From the human T2T-CHM13v2.0 reference genome, Homo sapiens, in the NCBI RefSeq assembly GCF_009914755.1, contig NC_060946.1: a stretch of 64,000 bases of DNA. One strand, written 5' to 3'. Position 1 is the stretch's first letter. Each line of letters starts with the position of its first letter. Positions 51,155 through 64,000 of this stretch are shown one piece after another. The position numbers and the translations under genes were made by a program. Under the pieces are notes generated by a model that saw only the letters and a program-made list of their open reading frames with translations, was not told where the DNA came from and made no database searches.

Positions 51155-51350
51155 CAGCAGCTCTGTGCAAAGAACTTTCTGCAGTGACAGAAATGTTCTC
51201 CATCTTCATTGTCCAAAATGGTAGCCACTAGACACATGTGACTAATTGAGTGCTTGAAACTTGTCTCCTGTAACTGAGGAACTAAATTTTAATTTAATTT
51301 AAATAGCAGTGACACATACGGCTAGTGGCTACCGTATGGGGACAGTGTCG
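51155..51350. mobile_element. MER3-like hAT MITE
   Basis: 'aactttctgcagtgacagaaatgttct...ggtagccactagacacatgtg...ggctagtggctaccgtat'. Confidence 0.75.
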
Positions 51351-52155
51351 TTCTAGAGCCAAAGACTTGTTAAAATGATTACCGAGCTTCATAATGATGT
51401 CCAGGAGGCTGTGAAAGATACTTAAGCATCTTTGCAGTCATCAAGGATGAAATGATCCTTGGTGATAAGCTTGTTTTACTCCGATTCTGAGAAAATTGGT
51501 CGTATGCGTACTGTGTGTGCGGCTGTGGTTTTGCAAACAAAGACTGGAGTTAGACGGCCTTTGTTTGCATCTTGGCCCCACCACGAGCTGTGCTACTGTA
51601 GGCAAGTCATTTCACCTCTCTGAGCCTCAATTTCACTATTTGGGAAGTGGAGGTAAAAAGATCTTCTCCTAAAGAGTTATTCTGAGGATCCAATCAGATA
51701 ATGTGTATTGTATGTATGCACACAGAGCCTAAAATAGAGCAAGTATTCAATAAAAGTAGGCTTAAAACAACTTAATCATGGAGGTATTAGTTCCCCAGAA
51801 TGCCTTATTCCTGGTGAGTGGCGATAAAAAGCTCGTCTCTGGGATGGTGGCATCACCGGTTAGTATCTCAGATTAGAGTGTGCAGAGACAGCCTTGGCAG
51901 CGTCCAGCTTTACAAAGTTCACAACGCTGCTTCAGCTTCAGTAGGGAGGAAGGAAGAGCAGCAGGAGGAACCTGGTGCATGGGTTGGAGTGGGAGTTTCA
52001 TAACCACGTTCTGCAGAGGAGCCTCAGGGCTGCCTGGGAAGGAGCCGGAGCTGGGGGCCCCCGAGCCCTCTTCACCCTCAGCAGCTCTGCTTCTCCTGCT
52101 GTTTGTGTGGGGGTTCTGAGTAAGATGTGGTTTGGATGGAGGATATCACTGCACT

Positions 52156-52190
52156 AAAAGAAAAGAAAAGAAAAGAAAAGAAAAGAAAAA
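52156..52190 (+). repeat. (AAAAG)n
   Basis: Seen directly in the sequence. Confidence 0.95.
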
Positions 52191-54796
52191 TATAATGAGA
52201 TTTGAGCAATTGACATGGTAGGAATTTCAAGAGTAAAGGGCGGACTGGGTGGAGGCTTTGGGGGAGGTGGCCTGAATTCCTGGTCAGCAGTCAGCCGTGA
52301 GACTTTGAGCAGGTCACTGAGTCTCTCTCTGCCTCAGTTCTTCATCTGTAAAATGGGGAGATGGTACTTACTTCACAGGATTGTTGAGAGGATTCAATGA
52401 GTGGCATCTTACATGGCCCCTTGGCAGGATTCCTGGCACGTGACAGCATTTGATGAATGGGAGCTAGTAGCTATTATCAAGGACTGTGTTGGACCATGTG
52501 AAAAATGATCCATAAGACATAGACCCTGCCCCCAGGAAACAGTGGGAAAGGAACAGGCTTCAGAAGCAAACAGATCTGGACTCAGGTCCTGGCCTCGCCC
52601 CATTTGCTGAGTGACCTTGGGCAGGGCTCTGAACCTCCTTAAGCCTCCGTTTTATCTTCTCTAAAACAGAGATGACGATTCCCACTTGCTGGCTGTTTTG
52701 AGGAGTGGGAAGTAATATGTGTAAAATGCTTGGCAGGTAGAGGGCAGTGGACAGTAAGCTAATCTAAGTGATGGGATGATAATCCAGGTGATGGTCATTA
52801 GCAAAACTGCTGTGCGAGGCCCCAAGCCTCACTTGGCTGCAGACGGGGTGCCCTGGGGAGGTGGGTCTGACACTGGAGGATCCCCACACAGAAATCAGGT
52901 GCCGCCAGGGTGGAGCGAGGGAGCGGAATCATCCCCTGGGGCTTGGGGAAGCCGGGTCTAGGCTTGCTGGGGAGGCCAGTAGTGTGGGCTGAGGTTGGAC
53001 AGGTCAGGTGGGAGCAAACCTCAGAGGCCCTTGATGCCAGGCTTGAGAATGGAGGCCGTGGGCAATGGGGAGTGATGCTCTTCTTTTGAAAGGTTTGCCT
53101 TTATGTATTGTTTTAAAACTTCAGAATGACATCTGGGGAAGGGCATTTGAGGACTGATGTGGTAGAATTTCAAAGAGGTGTGAGTAGGAAGTGATGGTAG
53201 CAAGGAAAATCTGGGGTTTGCTTTCTGTAGATTAACACTTGTTGTTCATCTGTATGATATGCATGCATGTGTGTGTGTGTGTGTGTGTGTAAAACATGCC
53301 CACGCTGGCTCACACTGTGGCCTGTGGCCTGTCATTCCTTTCTCAGCCCAGCTAGGTACTTGCCAGAAAAAGTAGGCCCTCCATGTTCCTGTAGATAGCA
53401 GGAAACCTTCTTGGAAGACGTCCCACTGTGGCGTGGCTTGTTCTCCACGGCCAAGGCGAGCTCCCTGGTTGGGTTTTCTCAGCGTTTCCTTCTTTACACT
53501 ATCATGCCCACATTAATATCCACCCAGGAAGGAAACAAAGGTGTGTCGGATTTATGTGACCTTGTGTGTTGACAGAGAGGGAGTCCAGAGAATGAGGTCA
53601 GAAGCAGGATAAGCCTGCTGCGTACCTGGTGGCCACACCTCTGCTGGTTACCTGGCTGAAGGTAGAGGCACCTGCAGTTCCAGAACCGTGCTCTTGAAAT
53701 GCCAATGCTTGCTTTTCTTCTGCCTTCTGCCTGAGCTGTGACTGATGGAATTGTCCCTGTGGACCACTGAAGACCCAGCCACTGCTCCTCACTAACACAG
53801 CCCATTTGTTCGAGACATATTTGCTGAGCCCTGCTGTGAGCTACTTCTAGAGGTGGCATCACCTAGTCCCGACTTCATATGGGACCACAGGACAGCTTCA
53901 GGCCCACCCCCCACTCAGCATCGTACACAATGCTGGGATATTCCAGATGCACTGCCACAAACTTCCAGAAAACGACCTCTGAAACTCACCAGGCAGATGT
54001 TACCAGGGAGGCAGATACTTCATGAAAATGCATGAATATGTTCAGCAAATTCTAGCTAAAGAAGCACAGTTAGACTCTTGTTTTTCTTTTCTGCATGTCA
54101 TCAGATTTCTAGGTGGTCTAGCCGGGTGGTAACAGTAGATCAGCTCATGTTCCCCTTGCCCACCCTGAGTGCCCGGTTGCCAGCCGCCTGAAGTGGGGGC
54201 CACTGGTGGACACAGCCCTTTCTCTACCCTCCTTCCTGCCTCTTTCAGGGCTCGGTAGGGACAGAGCAGCAAAGCTTGAGCCATAGAGGAGCATATGGGA
54301 CTATCTGAGGCCATGTGTGGGACCTGTCACTGTCCTCAAGAGCCACTGGAATGATCTGTTTAGGGAAGAATTGAGCTCTTCTGCCAACTAAGCTGGTTTG
54401 TGGGCAACAGGCAGGAATGGGGGCAGGAGCAGAATGAAGGGGAGGCGGAGAACAAGAAGCAGGGGGGTGTCAAGCCAGCAGGCCAGGCCATTTTTCTATC
54501 GCACCGTGGCACGTGGCGATGAATCATTTAGTGGCCCAGAGAAAGGGGAGCTTCTTTCTGAAACCCCGGGGTGGCTGTCCCTGCAGAGAACTGCCCATTC
54601 CTAAAGGCCTTCGCCACCTGAACCAGCCAGTAGGGGCACACGCCAAAGGAAAACGTAGCCTCTGAGTCCCTCCATCTGGGCGTCTTTACAGCCCTGACTC
54701 CCCCAGCTGCTGTTAACCATAGTGGGAAATCATGGCTTCTGTCAGGATGAGCAGTCTCAGCTGATTTAATGAAATGTACTATTGAGAGTTGAAACA

Positions 54797-55107
54797 TATT
54801 AGGGTCCTCTTAGAGGGACAGAACTAATAGGATATATATATACACACAGATATATACACACATACATATATATACATATATATACACACACATATATATA
54901 TACATATATATACACACATACATATATATACATACATATATACACATACATATATATACATACATATATACACATACATATATATACATACATATATACA
55001 CATACATATATACATACATATATATACACACATATATACATATATATATACACACATATATATACATATATATATACACATACATATATATATATATACA
55101 CATACAT

Positions 55108-55138
<31 letters not shown>

Positions 55139-55522
55139 AAGGGGAGTTTATTAAGTATTAACCCACATGATCACAAGGTCCCACAATAGGCTGTCTGCAA
55201 ACTGAGGAGCAAGGAAAGCCAGTCAGTTTCCAAAGCTGAAGAACCTGGAGTCCGATGTTTGAGGGCAGGAAGCTTCGAGCACTGGAGAAAGATACAGGCT
55301 GGGAGGCTAGGCCAGTCTCACTTTTTTATGTTTTTCTGCCTGCTTTATATTTGCTGGAAGCTGATTAGATTGTGCCTGCCAGATTAAGGGTGGATCTGCC
55401 TTCCCCAGCCCACTGACTCAGATGTTAATCTCTTTTGGCAACACCCACATAGACACACCCAGGATTAATACTTTGTATCCCTCAATCTAATCAAGTTGAA
55501 ACTCAGTATTAACTATCAGACA
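54797..55522 (-). mobile_element. MLT2A (MLT2A1-like) ERVL solo LTR with a ~300-bp (TA/CA)n microsatellite (54832-55137)
   Basis: Reverse complement of 'tgatagttaatactgagtttcaacttgattagattgagggatacaaagtattaatcctggg...gggctggggaaggcagatccacccttaatc'. Confidence 0.88.
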
Positions 55523-55542
55523 TGTTAACTACAAGAAAATCA

Positions 55543-55956
<414 letters not shown>

Positions 55957-56578
55957 TCAGGCTGACTCAGCAACACTAAATGGTAACTTTTTAGCAGGTC
56001 ATTTAACTTCTTAGTTACCCCATCTGGAAAGTGGGTGAAGTGATACCTGTTAAGTGTGTATTTAGCACAAAGCTGAGTAGGAAGACACAGTAGGTCTTCA
56101 GTTATTGGTAACAAGGATAGAAGTCCCATAGCAGCCCTGGAAGGTTCAGTATGCTAATGTCCCCTCTTTACAGGTGAGGGTATGGCTCAGAGAGGCTGAG
56201 TGACTTGCCCAAAGTCACACAGCACATAAGAGTCACAACCAGTCGTCTGTCCCCAAGTCCTCCGTCCTTCTGTCTCCTCCATGTGGCCTCTTTATTTGAA
56301 TTATTACTGTGAACGTACTTCCTGGAACCATTATTTCTGGTTCAAAGAATACATTAAAATACTCTGGCTGCTGGAAGGAAAGCTATTTCATTTTTATGCT
56401 AAAGGACATTAAATCAGAGGGGAATGCCAACTGGCCCAGGGTCATTGTGGTCACAGTGAGTCACTGAAGACAGATGAGACCACCACCCATCCCAGCTCCT
56501 CTTCCAGGACTCTGCTTCCCCCTGGGTGGGCCTTCCTGAGAGCTGTTGGGCTGACCCAACCCCTTCTGAAATCATTAG

Positions 56579-57067
<489 letters not shown>

Positions 57068-57469
57068 AAGCATACGGCTTCTTACAAAGCTGCCAGTCTA
57101 TTTCCTCTTGAACCTAAGCCATTACCTTAGAAGTGTCCTCCAGTTTCCCAGAATGAGGGCAGACGAAGAGCACGCCATTCTCCAGCCTCAAAACGGATTA
57201 AAAGGCTAGAACCCAAGGAGGAGAACACTGTGTGAGCCTTTGATTTTTTAATCGCAACTGAGATAGTCCTAGAGGGGAGACTACAGTAAACACAGTTACT
57301 GGGTAAGGCAAGGTTCTAAACCCAACCTCCCTGGATTTCTGGGGGTCCCCTGGTTAGGCTTCAGAGTGTAGTGCAAATGTCAGTCTGTGACTTTCATAAA
57401 AGGAATCCATGACCCAGAATAGATGAAGCCAATGAAGGAATGAATTTTTGCCAAGAGTGCAGTGAAGAT

Positions 57470-58760
<1,291 letters not shown>

Positions 58761-58896
58761 CACGGGCTCCAGAGGTGTGAGGCAGGTCAGGTGCTTTAGA
58801 AGTCAAAAACTCTCAGTAAGGCAAATCACCCCCTATCTCCTGGCCTTCCCTGAATCTTGCCTGCCTTCACTCTCCTTTCTCTGGTTTTCCTACAAG

Positions 58897-59010
58897 GTCT
58901 GAAAACTCCAAATGGCTGTGAGCTGGTGGTGGGGGGAGAGCCCCAGTGCTGGGCAGAAGGGCGCTGCCTTCTCTTTGATGACTCTTTCCTGCATGCTGCG
59001 TTCCATGAAG
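58897..59010 (+). CDS. ASPHD2: ASPHD2 coding exon 3 ([38 protein letters not shown])
   Basis: Pyrimidine tract and acAAG acceptor; AAG|GTGAGT donor; 114 nt, phase 1-1; contains the second Fe-binding His motif. Confidence 0.95.
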
Positions 59011-59044
59011 GTGAGTGGCTGCCTTTCCCACTTCCTTTTTTTCA

Positions 59045-59330
59045 ATGAATAGACTTTTATTTTTTTAGAGAAGTTTTAGGTTTCCAGAAAAATCAGGCAG
59101 AAAGTACCAAGGAGGCCCCTTCATATCACCCCATAACACATATACACACACAGTATTGATGCGTTATTATTACCTAAAGTTCATGGTTGACATTAAGGTT
59201 CACTCTTGGTGTTGTCCATCCATTCTGTGGGTTTCGCCAAATGGATAATGACACGGACCTACCATGACAGTATCATACAGAATAGTTTCACTGCCGTAAA
59301 AATTCCCACTTAAAGATCCCTCCATCTCCC
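59045..59330 (-). mobile_element. Old L1 3' end in intron 3
   Basis: 'gttttaggtttccagaaaaat...acattattattacctaaagttcatggtt...atcatacagaatagtttcactgcc'-like L1M text. Confidence 0.65.
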
Positions 59331-59534
59331 CATTTCCTTTTGTCCACCCTGCTCAGAAGCCCATGAAGCCAGGTTTATGCTCTCAGTGAGAGAGGAGGTG
59401 GTCCGATCCGAGCCGAGGGACAGGATGGGGTCCCTGCCCCGAAGCTGAGCACGTAGGGTCCAGCCCTGCCTGGATCCTGGGTCCTGACTCCAGGGTGGTT
59501 TGAACCTGTCCTCTCACCCCTCCTTCCCCCCCAG

Positions 59535-59644
59535 GTTCAGCAGAGGATGGCCCACGGGTGGTTTTCATGGTGGATTTGTGGCATCCAAACGTCGCAGCGG
59601 CCGAACGGCAGGCTCTTGATTTCATCTTTGCTCCGGGACGATGA
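59535..59644 (+). CDS. ASPHD2: ASPHD2 coding exon 4 ([36 protein letters not shown])
   Basis: ccccAG acceptor; TGA at 59642-59644; total CDS 886+114+110 = 1110 nt = 369 aa. Confidence 0.95.
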
Positions 59645-61460
59645 GAGTATTTCCCATGCTGGAGTCGGCGAGAAGGGCCGAGGCGGGGCCTGGGCAGACT
59701 GTGGTCCGGTCCAGTCCCTACCGGTGTTGTTTCCATGCTCAGAAACCTGCCTCAGCGGAAAGCTCTTATTTGGGATTTTATATCATGTCGGGTCCCTCTT
59801 TCCCTTGGTTATTGTAAATGGAAACTTTTCGGCTTGTATTTCCTTAGATTTTTTTTTTTTCCTTCCAATCATTTGCTTCAGAGACTCCTTTCTGGCCTAA
59901 CAGCGCATTCCTTTGATTGGTCCTTGAGTGACCAGAGACTTAGTGCCCTTGTAAGTCTGTCTTCTGTTGCTACTTGTTTTTTTCAGTGCTCTGAAATAGA
60001 GTAACTAAATGGTTATTTGTCTGAATATAATAATGTAAAACTTCTTGTGGTCATCTTAAAAAAAAAAAAAAAAAACTAAAAACTGCAAACCAGAGAGCTA
60101 GAGAACTTGGCCTCTGATGCTGGCACACTGGGGACCCTTCAGCCACCTGACGGCAGGGGGACAGTCTGCAGCCCCCACACCTGACTGGCTTCAGTAGCCA
60201 GGTGGAGGGGCTGCCAGACACAGTCAGGGTGGCACACAGTGTCCAGGCCCAGGGATACTGTCACCATCGCTCACCTCATTCTAAACCTTGTCAGGTCCCT
60301 GATGGCAAAAGCATTGGGCCAGTAGGACTGGAGGCTACTCTTTAAACATGGCTTTCCTGCAAAGCTGAAGCTGGTGTCCCCCAGCACCAAGCTGCGGCTC
60401 ACACAGATCAGCCACGGAACGTGTGATCCGCTTACCTCACTGCCTACAGAAGCCCTACTGCCAAACTGGGCCTGGAAAATTCCCAGTTTTAGGTGTTTTG
60501 AGTCCACAGTGATGAACGTTAAGGCCACCAGGTTGGCTGATAGGAGCTGTAGGGGGATAGGACCGCGCTCACCCAGCGACATTTGGGGAAAGCCTTTCTC
60601 TGGCAAAACTGGAATAATAGATCTGACCAAAGTTTCTGTTTTGCTTTGGAGTTCTGTTGCCTATGTTTTTTTTTTTTTCATTTATTTGTCTGTACATAAA
60701 TGTTCAAACACTAGACTTGGAGATAGTGGAAGAGTTGGCCCTGTGTCTTTGTCATGGCACAAAGGTGTGCACTGCGTGACAATGACCCAAGCCAGTGTGT
60801 GCTAGTGAGGAGACAGAGAAGACCTACATGCCCAGAGGACCCGTGGCCGTTGTGCTGGTTTTCTGGTCTCCTGTGAAGAACATGTGGATCTCTTCCCGAA
60901 GGAAAAGGTCCCAGGAGACCAGTTTGAGGCACTCACTCTAGAAATAGCCTGTGTTAGCTGATGTGTGAAAGCGTAGCCGGCCAGCCACACTAGAGATGCC
61001 TTTTCTGAATAATGTATTATGAGCAGTGTCAGATTTATAAAGCCGAGGAGTGGTTTGGAATATACAGCTGGTCGCAGGTGCAGGTCCAGTGTTTAGATCC
61101 AAATGGAAAACAGCAGCTTCTAAGAGGTACAACTGTTGGAAGAAAACACAGTTGAAATGCACCAGGCAGGTACTAGCAAGTGTGCAAAGAGCACGTCTAC
61201 ATTTGAGTAAAATGTCTACACAGATATTTGTCAGTGATGAGAATGCAGGAAAAGGCAGACATTTCAAACATACCTGAAGTCTTTTTACTCATTATCTTGT
61301 TAAAGAATCACTGAGGTGCATGATTTCTACACATCGTGACTGCTCTGCTCTGCGTTTACAAAACCAACAGCCCGCGCAGGTACCTAGCTACCTGCATTCA
61401 TGTGACATGTCTGGGGAACAGAAGATAAATAAAGGATCTTGCTGAAAACCAGAGTGAAGT
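59645..61460 (+). other. ASPHD2: ASPHD2 3'UTR (end approximate)
   Basis: Largely repeat-free sequence from the stop codon to AATAAA at 61428. Confidence 0.7.
61428..61433 (+). terminator. ASPHD2: Canonical poly(A) signal AATAAA
   Basis: First canonical hexamer I could find after the stop codon; GT-rich sequence follows. Confidence 0.7.
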
Positions 61461-61491
61461 GGTGAGGTCATCTGTTGTAAAGAAAGACTTA

Positions 61492-61780
61492 GGCCAGGCT
61501 CGGTGGCTCACGCCTGTAATCCTAGCACTTTGGGAAGCTGAGCGGGGAGGATTGCTTGAGCCAAGGAGTTTGAGACCAGCCTGAGTAATATAGTGAGGCG
61601 TTGTCTCTACCAAACAAACAAACTAGCTGAGTGTGGTGGTGCACACCTATAGTCCCAGCTATTTGAGAGGCTGAGGTGGGAGGATCACTTGAACCTGGGA
61701 GGCGGGGGCTGCAGTGAGCCTAGGTCGCGCCAGTGCACTCCAGCCAAGACGACAGAACAAGACCCTGTCCAAAAAAAAAG
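61492..61780 (+). mobile_element. Alu (AluJ-like)
   Basis: TSD-like aaagactt on both sides. Confidence 0.88.
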
Positions 61781-63174
61781 ACTTGCTAGGCAGAAGGGGG
61801 CAAGTGACTTTGAGGCTCTTGTGTTTTGAGTGATGTCACAGAGACAGGTGGGTCACTAGAATTGATCGTGGATAGTGAATGAAGCAAAATGTCCCAAAGC
61901 AATGGGACTAGTGGGGTGGGGACAAGAGCACATCTAGGATATGTTAAGGAGCAATAGATGTCTAACTGGGCAAAGAAGAACAAGGACCCTGGCTTCAGAA
62001 AAGCTGAGGATTTAGGACTCCGTGCCAGGAGTTTGCACCCTCGGGACCTTGGGCAAGTCCCTTAGCCTCTCATAGCCTCAGTTTCTCCTCTGTGGGTATG
62101 TGCAGTATCTGGCACATGAAGGGCACTCAACAACCTTGTTTCCCTTTCTGCCACAGCTGAGTAGAGAAACAGGTGAAGAGGAAGGCCGCCAAATGGAAGA
62201 GATGGGAAAACACATCGGGACAGCAGTGGGTGTGGCCAGAGAAGCCAGTGGCTACTTTCAATTGCCTGTGTCTAATCACAGAGGAAGAAACATGTCCCTC
62301 AGTAGCTGTGTTTTTCATGTTTTTCCCTTTAGAAGAGAGGGAGACAGGGGGGTCTCCCAGCCAGGAGCCCTAGAAGCAGCCGGGCTGCCGCATGTTTCCA
62401 CCTGCAAGCGAGGTTCCAGCCAGCAGTCCGGGCTGGGCTGCCACAACAAGCGGAAGGGAAGAGCGCCACTCACCTGGGATCGCGATGTTTCTCACCCTCC
62501 TCAAGTGTGCATTGCCAGCTAGGCATTGCTAAGCTAATTTACGTGTTGTAGCTCTGGAGGCTCAAGGTGAGAAAGGGGAGCCAGCCGGCTGCAAATGGGA
62601 ATCCTGCCTTCCACCCGAGACAGGCTGGACTGGCCTCAAGCTCCCTCTGTTCCCATGTACTCAAGGCCAGACCAATTACTATTTGTAGAAGGTCACACCC
62701 CAGGTCTTCTGATCCCAAACCCTTTCTCCCAGGCACCTGTTCATCAGCCCCTAGAGTCACCCAGATTGTCTGGGTTCTGTCCTTGGTGACAGCGATTAAA
62801 CTTGTAACACTGAGTGCTCCGTAGCATACTGTGGGGGAGAGGAGTGATCCTGGTGTGCTGGTCCTTGACTGTGGCTGCACGATGCAGTCACCCGGGAACT
62901 TGTCGGAAACCCCAAAGCACACACCCCACTCCCAAAGCATCTTTTTTCATTGTTCCGAGAGTGGGGTCCAGGCACGGGTCTTTGTTTTAAACTCATTTCC
63001 GGTCATGATTCTAACGTGTAGCTCAGGCTGAGGGGGTCGCTGCTGTGAGTAGCAAGAATGATAAGGCCTTTGAAACCATTCAGCCTGGACATTAAAGTCT
63101 GAGCTATGGCCCTGTGTAACACCGGGCAGGCCACCTAAGCTTGGTCTCTAGAGGACAGTCACTGTTTTTTGTTA

Positions 63175-63500
<326 letters not shown>

Positions 63501-64000
63501 TGAGCCTCTTGCAAGACCATAACATCCCCATGCTCAGTCCTTGGGTCTCCAGGGCTGGGCCCATGATCCAGATCTGACCAATCAGTCTTCCAAACTCTGG
63601 GCCACTGAGAGATTGGGTCAGGGCTGGACACGTGATCCAAGTTCTTTTTCTGGGACGACTGTGAAAGAGAGGCCACTTTTTATTAGGTGGGGTGGTGGGG
63701 GGAGGTGAAGGGAAAGAAGCTGAGAGAGAAACCCACGGAGGCAAGCGGGGCCTGCGCTGTGGAGATCACGTGAGTCCTGAACGCAGCTCTGCCGAAAACC
63801 AGCTCTACCTCTGGACTTTTCTGTTACATGAGCCAATAAGTGCGCCTTTTATTCGTAAGCCAAGTTTGAGTTGTGGTTTCTATCCTTGCCACCAAAAGTC
63901 CTAATCCACTCTGTGAGTGTCAAGTGAGGTTTTGGTAAGATGCTATTATGTCGTGGTCTGGGTGGATGGGAGAGGTGCTCCATACACATTGTCAGGATGT

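Noticed and set aside
51070-51155. Possible C/D snoRNA (TGATGA...CTGA) in intron 2
   Set aside because: Imperfect C box, no terminal stem and no recognisable guide
49929-51224. 431-aa ORF taken as the whole protein
   Set aside because: It begins at TTG and reads through the 50946 donor into intronic and MER3 sequence; spliced exons 3-4 supply the missing catalytic residues
54799-55129. Cys/Val/Tyr/Ile-rich ORFs
   Set aside because: Microsatellite translation

Overview
Human-like (primate) genomic DNA, very rich in Alu, LTR, L1 and DNA-transposon repeats. It contains one complete protein-coding gene, ASPHD2 (+ strand). A CpG-island promoter and non-coding exon 1 end at 45932. Coding exons 50061-50946, 58897-59010 and 59535-59644 give 369 aa, and a poly(A) signal lies at 61428. 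From memory this is 22q12.1 between SEZ6L and HPS4; no exon of either neighbour could be identified here. The 45 kb upstream is mostly repeats, with a 5S rRNA pseudogene, an Alu-interrupted RPS3A processed pseudogene, a Tigger1 fragment and a heavily nested MaLR element. Almost all ORFs in the supplied track are Alu, microsatellite, VNTR or GC-rich artefacts. I found no convincing new multi-gene system. The best leads are regulatory: three uORFs that should push initiation from Met1 to Met27, a promoter-proximal 23-bp VNTR with 138-bp higher-order repeats, an antisense MLT2A LTR with DUX4-like motifs in intron 2, an antisense poly(A) site in the 3'UTR, and a possible exon-2 circRNA. Repeat subfamily names and boundaries were judged by eye and are approximate.
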